NCBI GenBank assembly: GCA_002269645.1
Contig: NIVC01005155.1
Location: forward strand, 1 to 24,550
Length of the DNA: 24,550 bases
Direction of reading: 5' to 3'
Origin: Macrostomum lignano
Taxonomy: Eukaryota
The translations under genes were made by a program, and so were the position numbers. Position 1 is the first letter of the stretch; every line of letters begins with the position of its first letter. Of this stretch, positions 9,411 to 18,400 are shown piece by piece. The notes under the pieces were generated by a model. That model was not told where the DNA came from. It saw only the letters and a program-made list of their open reading frames with translations, and ran no database searches.

Positions 9411-11372
9411 AAACTTTACACAGAGTAAACTGCAACTGTGAAACAACTATTGGTCAAGTTTCAGCTCGATATGTAACTTTGGCTCTGAGCAGGAGCGATT
9501 TTCGATGTGTTCCATTTAAAATACATGTGATTCCAAAATTCATATTGATATTCGAGTACAGGTACTTCTGCTTCACTGATCTTGACGAAACTTTACACAG
9601 AGTAAACTGCAACCGTGAAACGACTATTGGTCAAGTTTCAGCTCGATATGTAACTTTGGCTCTGAGCAGGAGCGATTTTCGATGTGTTCCATTTAAAATA
9701 CATGTGATTCCAAAATTCGTATTGATATTCGAGTACAGGTACTTCTGCTTCACTGATCTTGACGAAAATTTACACAGAGTAAACTGCAACCGTGAAACGA
9801 CTATTGGTCAAGTTTCAGCTCGATATGTAACTTTGGCTCTGAGCAGGAGCGATTTTCGATGTGTTCCATTTAAAATACATGTGATTCCAAAATTCGTATT
9901 GATATTCGAGTACAGGTACTTCTGCTTCACTGATCTTGACGAAACTTTACACAGAGTAAACTGCAACCGTGAAACGACTATTGGTCAAGTTTCAGCTCGA
10001 TATGTAACTTTGGCTCTGAGCAGGAGCGATTTTTAATGTGTTCCATTTAAAATACATGTGATTCCAAAATTCATATTGATATTCGAGTACAGGTACTTCT
10101 GCTTCACTGATCTTGACGAAACTTTACACAGAGTAAACTGCAACCGTGAAACGACTATTGGTCAAGTTTCAGCTCGATATGTAACTTTGGCTCTGAGCAG
10201 GAGCGATTTTCGATGTGTTCCATTTAAAATACATGTGATTCCAAAATTCGTATTGATATTCGAGTACAGGTACTTCTGCTTCACTGATCTTGACGAAACT
10301 TTACACAGAGTAAACTGCAACCGTGAAACGACTATTGGTCAAGTTTCAGCTCGATATGTAACTTTGGCTCTGAGCAGGAGCGATTTTCGATGTGTTCCAT
10401 TTAAAATACATGTGATTCCAAAATTCGTATTGATATTCGAGTACAGGTACTTCTGCTTCACTGATCTTGACGAAACTTTACACAGAGTAAACTGCAACCG
10501 TGAAACGACTATTGGTCAAGTTTCAGCTCGATATGTAACTTTGGCTCTGAGCAGGAGCGATTTTTAATGTGTTCCATTTAAAATACATGTGATTCCAAAA
10601 TTCATATTGATATTCGAGTACAGGTACTTCTGCTTCACTGATCTTGACGAAACTTTACACAGAGTAAACTGCAACCGTGAAACGACTATTGGTCAAGTTT
10701 CAGCTCGATGTGTAACTTTGGCTCTGAGCAGGAGCGATTTTCGATGTGTTCCATTTAAAATACATGTGATTCCAAAATTCGTATTGATATTCGAGTACAG
10801 GTACTTCTGCTTCACTGATCTTGACGAAACTTTACACAGAGTAAACTGCAACCGTGAAACGACTATTGGTCAAGTTTCAGCTCGATATGTAACTTTGGCT
10901 CTGAGCAGGAGCGATTTTTAATGTGTTCCATTTAAAATACATGTGATTCCAAAATTCGTATTGATATTCGAGTACAGGTACTTCTGCTTCACTGATCTTG
11001 ACGAAACTTTACACAGAGTAAACTGCAACCGTGAAACGACTATTGGTCAAGTTTCAGTTCGATATGTAACTTTGGCTCTGAGCAGGAGCGATTTTTAATG
11101 TGTTCCATTTAAAATACATGTGATTCCAAAATTCATATTGATATTCGAGTACAGGTACTTCTGCTTCACTGATCTTGACGAAACTTTACACAGAGTAAAC
11201 TGCAACCGTGAAACGACTATTGGTCAAGTTTCAGCTCGATATGTAACTTTGGCTCTGAGCAGGAGCGATTTTCGATGTGTTCCATTTAAAATACATGTGA
11301 TTCCAAAATTCGTATTGATATTCGAGTACAGGTACTTCTGCTTCACTGATCTTGACGAAACTTTACACAGAG
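9411..11372 (+). repeat. Left arm: 11 complete plus one 15-bp partial copy of a 177-bp unit
   Basis: aaactttacacagag recurs at 9411, 9588, 9765 ... 11358 (period 177); copies differ at only a few sites. Confidence 0.97.
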
Positions 11373-12320
11373 CAGGCCAGCGTGCGCCGCGTCGACTTGA
11401 GCCTCGAGCGAGTCTTTCAGCGTCCAGGTCTCGGCGTTGTATAACAGGACGGTCTCGATCACCGCCTGGAACAGCGCCGCCCTCTGGCGGTCCGGTAGGG
11501 CCTCGGACTGCAGGACTGACCTTATAGAACGAAAGGCAGCCCAGGCAAGTCCTCGGCGACGCCGCAGATCCTCGCGGACGTCGGGAACCAGACCGCCGAG
11601 GTATACGAACTGCTGACATCTTGGAAGCTCACTCGCCTGTCCGTCAGCGCCTCGGCAGAAGATTGCAGCCTCGGTGTCGTCCGGCACGCATAGCACGACG
11701 GTCTTCTGCGTGTTGACCACCAGGCCGACGCTCGCCGCAACGGCAACCAGTCTATCCAGCTGTCGTTGGGCGCCCTCGACGGTCGAGGACAGCAGGGCGA
11801 GGTCATCGGCGTAGCCAAGCACGCTGAGCCGTCTCTCCGGTTGGCGTCGACCCACGCGTCGCCGCAGCAGGAAGCCGTCGTCGTTGGAAGGCAGAGCAGT
11901 CCGTAGCACCCAGTCAAGCACCAGAATAAATAGGAACGGCGCTAGCGTATCTCCCTGGAGCACCCCGGAGGATGTCTCGAAGAAATCCGATAGGCCGTCC
12001 GGTGTTGAGACAGCAGCCGTCGTGCCGTGGTATAGCGCCATGACAGCAGAAATCAGCAGGTCTGGCACGTTGTACGCACGGAGCACCTCTGGGAGCGCGT
12101 CCCTCACGACCGAGTCGAAGGCCTTCCTGAAATCGACGAAGATCAGGATCAGGGTCAACTGGCGGATGCTCGCCTCCTCGATGACTCGCCGAAGAGCCAG
12201 GATCTGCGTCACTGTGCTGCGATGGGGCCGGAATCCGTTCTGCTCAGGCCACAGGTACGGGTCCAGCACAGTCTGTAACCGCGATAGCAGCATGCGGTTG
12301 AACAGCTTCGCGGCGCAGCT
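11373..12320 (-). pseudogene. Reverse transcriptase fragment of an RTE-like non-LTR retrotransposon (3'-truncated)
   Basis: Stop-free frame with SCAAKLFNRM, EQNGFRPHRS, FVDFRKAFDSV, GVLQGDTLAPFLF, YADD, VYLG and LLYNAETWTL. These are LINE RT domains, and the Y-x-x-ETWTL tail is typical of RTE. The frame runs into the 177-bp repeat after HAGLL. Confidence 0.92.
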
Positions 12321-12901
12321 GCCCGCGCTGGGCCGGTCGCATCAGCGGGACTGCTTGCTCCGCAGCGGCTCGAACTGCAGCGCTCACCTCCGCGTACTCG
12401 GCTCCTCCACGCTTGTCGCCCAGCGCAGTGACAAAGGCACCGGCAAAGCGACGCCGCGTCATGGCGTCCCTGAGCGCGCGGTAGTAGCGCCGCGGTGGCC
12501 GCTTTGGCGGACGGTAGAGCGGGTCCCGAAGCCGAAGGTCGCAGATGAGCAGCCGATGGTCGGACCGCAGAGCCAGCGGCGTAATGGTGCGGCAGTTAGT
12601 GACGCGGCGGCGCTCACGAAAGCGCACAAGCACGTGGTCGAGCTGTGCCAGCCTCCGCGTAGCGTTCCGGCCGCGCGCGTTCCGCCGCCTCCGCTTGCAG
12701 CCCACGAAGGTCGCGAGCCTGCCCGGTGACTTGCGGAATCTGGTGTTGGCCGACACCATGTCCTGTCTCTCCAGGAAGTCCTCTAGCGCTCCGGTGTTGC
12801 CGTTCTCGCGCGCTGTCACAAACAGCGATCGCTCGGACCTACGCAGAACTGCGTTCAGGTCTCCGAGAATGACCACTGTGTCACGTTGCGCCATCTCCTC
12901 C
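12321..12901 (-). pseudogene. C-terminal half of an apurinic/apyrimidinic-type endonuclease of the same LINE (5'-truncated, joined out of frame to RT)
   Basis: VILGDLNA, LDHVLV and SDHRLL motifs of the LINE APE domain in a stop-free frame. The N-terminal APE motifs are absent, and the RT frame begins at about 12320 in a different frame. Confidence 0.88.
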
Positions 12902-13585
12902 ACCTGTACTCGAATATCAATATGAATTTTGGAATCACATGTATTTTAAATGGAACACATTAAAAATCGCTCCTGCTCAGAGCCAAAGTTACATATCGAG
13001 CTGAAACTTGACCAATAGTCGTTTCACGGTTGCAGTTTACTCTGTGTAAAGTTTCGTCAAGATCAGTGAAGCAGAAGTACCTGTACTCGAATATCAATAT
13101 GAATTTTGGAATCACATGTATTTTAAATGGAACACATCGAAAATCGCTCCTGCTCAGAGCCAAAGTTACATATCGAGCTGAAACTTGACCAATAGTCGTT
13201 TCACGGTTGCAGTTTACTCTGTGTAAAGTTTCGTCAAGATCAGTGAAGCAGAAGTACCTGTACTCGAATATCAATACGAATTTTGGAATCACATGTATTT
13301 TTAATGGAACACATCGAAAATCGCTCCTGCTCAGAGCCAAAGTTACATATCGAGCTGAAACTTGACCAATAGTCGTTTCACGGTTGCAGTTTACTCTGTG
13401 TAAAGTTTCGTCAAGATCAGTGAAGCAGAAGTACCTGTACTCGAATATCAATATGAATTTTGGAATCACATGTATTTTAAATGGAACACATTAAAAATCG
13501 CTCCTGCTCAGAGCCAAAGTTACATATCGAGCTGAAACTTGACCAATAGTCGTTTCACGGTTGCAGTTTACTCTGTGTAAAGTTT
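12902..13585 (-). repeat. Right arm: 3 complete plus one about 150-bp partial copy of the 177-bp unit, inverted
   Basis: Reverse complement of the left-arm unit (ctctgtgtaaagttt at period 177). Confidence 0.97.
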
Positions 13586-13931
13586 CATGCTACGGGTTGC
13601 TTTTAGTATTTTGCTTTTGTTAAAATTCGAATATCAATGCGAATATCAATGGGGAAACAAATGCGTCAGTTACCGTGCAAGTAAGGCTTACCTAAGCCTT
13701 AAATTCGCAATACCACAACAAATAGAAAATTAAATGCATAGGTTTCTTTAGCTAATTAAACAAATTATAAAGCAAGAAAATGCTACCGTACTAATTTTTT
13801 TGTAAAAAGCATACTTTAAATTTAAAAAAACTATTACAACAGTAGAACTCTTAAAATTTGACTTGAATTTTTAAAACGCCGGTATTAACCGAATTTTTCT
13901 AATTAAACTTTGCATGTCGTCATGCCGATCT

Positions 13932-14982
13932 CAAGGACTTCTAGACTAACAGGACGTAAAACTCAAAGATCGTGCAATTTTTTGGAGGCCACGATTTCCT
14001 GGAAAAAATACACTGCGAAGATAGGAAAAAATCAGTTTTTCGTCACAAAATCTGTGATTGTATTTGATCTGGGGCAGTCAAGACTACCATTCTTTTAATT
14101 TAACATGCACAATATGTTACTCTATTATATTTTCATATAGCTGTGTAGTGAAGTTTTCATTTTCATATTGTTTTCACTTTATTTCATAAGCCCAAAGTTG
14201 CAAACTCACAAGTGGCATTAGCCAAACTTTTTGTGTTGTTCTTTTTAAAGTAAAGTATAAAAACATTGCATGTAGGTACTCTTAGTCTTAAGCTATTATT
14301 GTTGGTTTAGTAACTATACTAATTCCTAGGCCTACTAGAACTAGACCTATCACTACACTATCTAGCCTAATAAGTAATTAAATTTAGACAATGACTTAAA
14401 GATTAGTATATTTAGATTTTTTTATTATATATAGATTACCAATAAATAGTTTCATATGGTTGGTTACCTAGGCTTGAGAAAGCTGTATTATCAGTTTTTA
14501 AGCCAAGCCTATATTTAGGACTAAGATTTAAGAAGAATAGACTTAATCACAAAAATAGGCCCTAACCATTTTTACTAGGTATCTATAAGAAAAAACATTG
14601 ATTAGTCCTTTTATAATTTTTATTTTAAGGGCTAAAAATATTATTATATTACAAATTTGAATAGCTTTTCTTTTCTTGAATTTGATATTTGGCTAATGCC
14701 ACTTGTGAGTTTGCAACTTTGGGCTTATGAAATAAAGTGAAAACAATATGAAAATGAAAACTTCACTACACAACTATATGAAAATATAATAGAGTAACAT
14801 ATTGTGCATGTTAAATTAAAAGAATGGTAGTCTTGACTGCCCCAGATCAAATACAATCACAGATTTTGTGACGAAAAACTGATTTTTTCCTATCTTCGCA
14901 GTGTATTTTTTCCAGGAAATCGTGGCCTCCAAAAAATTGCACGATCTTTGAGTTTTACGTCCTGTTAGTCTAGAAGTCCTTG
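13932..14982. mobile_element. Non-autonomous DNA transposon with 295-bp TIRs and 8-bp TSD (1051 bp; CA..TG ends, P- or hAT-like)
   Basis: 13932-14226 is the reverse complement of 14688-14982 with one mismatch seen (14141). Perfect TSD gccgatct at 13924-13931 and 14983-14990. Termini caagg..ccttg. 461-bp AT-rich spacer with no ORF. Confidence 0.92.
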
Positions 14983-15416
14983 GCCGATCTACAATATTGC
15001 ATACACTTTTTTGACATATCTTTCTTAAGCAACGGAAAAAAATTTCCATCCGATAGTCACTCCTAAGTTCCAATCTCCTCTCCAATTGTTATTGCCCGCT
15101 GGCAGGGGCGGATACCAGCAGAGGGTCCGCCTCCCCGCCCCCAAAGTTGACCTCAGCCAGGCGCCCATTGTGAGACACGCAAGACACCCACTAAGCCAGA
15201 GTGATGGACAATGCCTACAACCAACTGGCGCGTCTGGCTGTAAGCAAAGCTGTTTGCATGGAAGGCGCGAGTTTACATGTAAAAATAAAGGCCTGTGCTG
15301 CAAAAACAACAACTAAACAACAAAGTACACTGGATGGTCTCTAGTGTCACAGGGAACGTAACTACTGCTACAGTGCTGCAATTAATATATAGGCGCAATG
15401 AGTCACAGTTCAAAAA

Positions 15417-18400
15417 GACACGGTTTAAGCTAGAGGCGCAGTTGCCTTCTAATAACTACACCAAGCAGTCTCGCGCATGCACAGGCGTTCGAAAATACGC
15501 TCACGGCGTGTTATTCTGCTTCCGTGCACTTGTATTTTGCACGCAGTCAGTTTGTTTAGACAAATAGACACGGTTTAAGCTAGAGGCGCAGTTGCCTTCT
15601 AATAACTACACCAAGCAGTCTCGCGCATGCACAGGCGTTCGAAAATACGCTCACGGCGTGTTATTCTGCTTCCGTGCACTTGTATTTTGCACGCAGTCAG
15701 TTTGTTTAGACAAATAGACACGGTTTAAGCTAGAGGCGCAGTTGCCTTCTAATAACTACACCAAGCAGTCTCGCGCATGCACAGGCGTTCGAAAATACGC
15801 TCACGGCGTGTTATTCTGCTTCCGTGCACTTGTATTTTGCACGCAGTCAGTTTGTTTAGACAAATAGACACGGTTTAAGCTAGAGGCGCAGTTGCCTTCT
15901 AATAACTACACCAAGCAGTCTCGCGCATGCACAGGCGTTCGAAAATACGCTCACGGCGTGTTATTCTGCTTCCGTGCACTTGTATTTTGCACGCAGTCAG
16001 TTTGTTTAGACAAATAGACACGGTTTAAGCTAGAGGCGCAGTTGCCTTCTAATAACTACACCAAGCAGTCTCGCGCATGCACAGGCGTTCGAAAATACGC
16101 TCACGGCGTGTTATTCTGCTTCCGTGCACTTGTATTTTGCACGCAGTCAGTTTGTTTAGACAAATAGACACGGTTTAAGCTAGAGGCGCAGTTGCCTTCT
16201 AATAACTACACCAAGCAGTCTCGCGCATGCACAGGCGTTCGAAAATACGCTCACGGCGTGTTATTCTGCTTCCGTGCACTTGTATTTTGCACGCAGTCAG
16301 TTTGTTTAGACAAATAGACACGGTTTAAGCTAGAGGCGCAGTTGCCTTCTAATAACTACACCAAGCAGTCTCGCGCATGCACAGGCGTTCGAAAATACGC
16401 TCACGGCGTGTTATTCTGCTTCCGTGCACTTGTATTTTGCACGCAGTCAGTTTGTTTAGACAAATAGACACGGTTTAAGCTAGAGGCGCAGTTGCCTTCT
16501 AATAACTACACCAAGCAGTCTCGCGCATGCACAGGCGTTCGAAAATACGCTCACGGCGTGTTATTCTGCTTCCGTGCACTTGTATTTTGCACGCAGTCAG
16601 TTTGTTTAGACAAATAGACACGGTTTAAGCTAGAGGCGCAGTTGCCTTCTAATAACTACACCAAGCAGTCTCGCGCATGCACAGGCGTTCGAAAATACGC
16701 TCACGGCGTGTTATTCTGCTTCCGTGCACTTGTATTTTGCACGCAGTCAGTTTGTTTAGACAAATAGACACGGTTTAAGCTAGAGGCGCAGTTGCCTTCT
16801 AATAACTACACCAAGCAGTCTCGCGCATGCACAGGCGTTCGAAAATACGCTCACGGCGTGTTATTCTGCTTCCGTGCACTTGTATTTTGCACGCAGTCAG
16901 TTTGTTTAGACAAATAGACACGGTTTAAGCTAGAGGCGCAGTTGCCTTCTAATAACTACACCAAGCAGTCTCGCGCATGCACAGGCGTTCGAAAATACGC
17001 TCACGGCGTGTTATTCTGCTTCCGTGCACTTGTATTTTGCACGCAGTCAGTTTCTTTAGACAAATAGACACGGTTTAAGCTAGAGGCGCAGTTGCCTTCT
17101 AATAACTACACCAAGCAGTCTCGCGCATGCACAGGCGTTCGAAAATACGCTCACGGCGTGTTATTCTGCTTCCGTGCACTTGTATTTTGCACGCAGTCAG
17201 TTTGTTTAGACAAATAGACACGGTTTAAGCTAGAGGCGCAGTTGCCTTCTAATAACTACACCAAGCAGTCTCGCGCATGCACAGGCGTTCGAAAATACGC
17301 TCACGGCGTGTTATTCTGCTTCCGTGCACTTGTATTTTGCACGCAGTCAGTTTGTTTAGACAAATAGACACGGTTTAAGCTAGAGGCGCAGTTGCCTTCT
17401 AATAACTACACCAAGCAGTCTCGCGCATGCACAGGCGTTCGAAAATACGCTCACGGCGTGTTATTCTGCTTCCGTGCACTTGTATTTTGCACGCAGTCAG
17501 TTTGTTTAGACAAATAGACACGGTTTAAGCTAGAGGCGCAGTTGCCTTCTAATAACTACACCAAGCAGTCTCGCGCATGCACAGGCGTTCGAAAATACGC
17601 TCACGGCGTGTTATTCTGCTTCCGTGCACTTGTATTTTGCACGCAGTCAGTTTGTTTAGACAAATAGACACGGTTTAAGCTAGAGGCGCAGTTGCCTTCT
17701 AATAACTACACCAAGCAGTCTCGCGCATGCACAGGCGTTCGAAAATACGCTCACGGCGTGTTATTCTGCTTCCGTGCACTTGTATTTTGCACGCAGTCAG
17801 TTTGTTTAGACAAATAGACACGGTTTAAGCTAGAGGCGCAGTTGCCTTCTAATAACTACACCAAGCAGTCTCGCGCATGCACAGGCGTTCGAAAATACGC
17901 TCACGGCGTGTTATTCTGCTTCCGTGCACTTGTATTTTGCACGCAGTCAGTTTGTTTAGACAAATAGACACGGTTTAAGCTAGAGGCGCAGTTGCCTTCT
18001 AATAACTACACCAAGCAGTCTCGCGCATGCACAGGCGTTCGAAAATACGCTCACGGCGTGTTATTCTGCTTCCGTGCACTTGTATTTTGCACGCAGTCAG
18101 TTTGTTTAGACAAATAGACACGGTTTAAGCTAGAGGCGCAGTTGCCTTCTAATAACTACACCAAGCAGTCTCGCGCATGCACAGGCGTTCGAAAATACGC
18201 TCACGGCGTGTTATTCTGCTTCCGTGCACTTGTATTTTGCACGCAGTCAGTTTGTTTAGACAAATAGACACGGTTTAAGCTAGAGGCGCAGTTGCCTTCT
18301 AATAACTACACCAAGCAGTCTCGCGCATGCACAGGCGTTCGAAAATACGCTCACGGCGTGTTATTCTGCTTCCGTGCACTTGTATTTTGCACGCAGTCAG

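Larger units (their letters stand above)
9330..13666. mobile_element. Foldback-type non-autonomous DNA transposon (4337 bp) with modular tandem-repeat inverted arms and 9-bp TSD
   Basis: 81-bp unique inverted termini (9330-9410 / 13586-13666, acgcatttgtttcccc.../...ggggaaacaaatgcgt) continue into inverted 177-bp arrays. Perfect direct repeat cagttaccg at 9321-9329 and 13667-13675. Long modular arms plus a 9-bp TSD is the established Foldback/Mutator-like architecture. An alternative reading is GA..TC ends with a 7-bp TSD agttacc. Confidence 0.88.

Noticed and set aside
11224-12925. ORFs 11224-11619, 11522-11917, 11884-12729 and 12545-12925
   Set aside because: Shadow frames of the GC-rich RTE coding sequence.
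9479-13469. ORFs with a repeating 59-aa unit (IPKFILIFEYRYFCFTDLDETLHRV...)
   Set aside because: 177 is divisible by 3, so any stop-free frame repeats. The frame is broken by the TAA variant, lies in transposon arms on both strands and has no recognisable domain.
9411-13585. RT next to repeat arrays as a CRISPR-, retron- or DGR-like system
   Set aside because: The repeats are head-to-tail with no unique spacers, the RT is a eukaryotic LINE type with an APE domain, and no cas or accessory genes are present.
13910-15085. Two ORFs sharing the peptide SRTSRLTGRKTQRSCNF...
   Set aside because: Mirror translations of the two 295-bp TIRs, not genes.
15417-15566. 150-bp unit as a tandem RNA gene (5S, tRNA, spliced-leader or snRNA)
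   Set aside because: No A/B/C boxes, cloverleaf or convincing splice donor plus Sm-site arrangement. Only a 5-bp gtgca/tgcac stem and an Sm-like attttg were seen.
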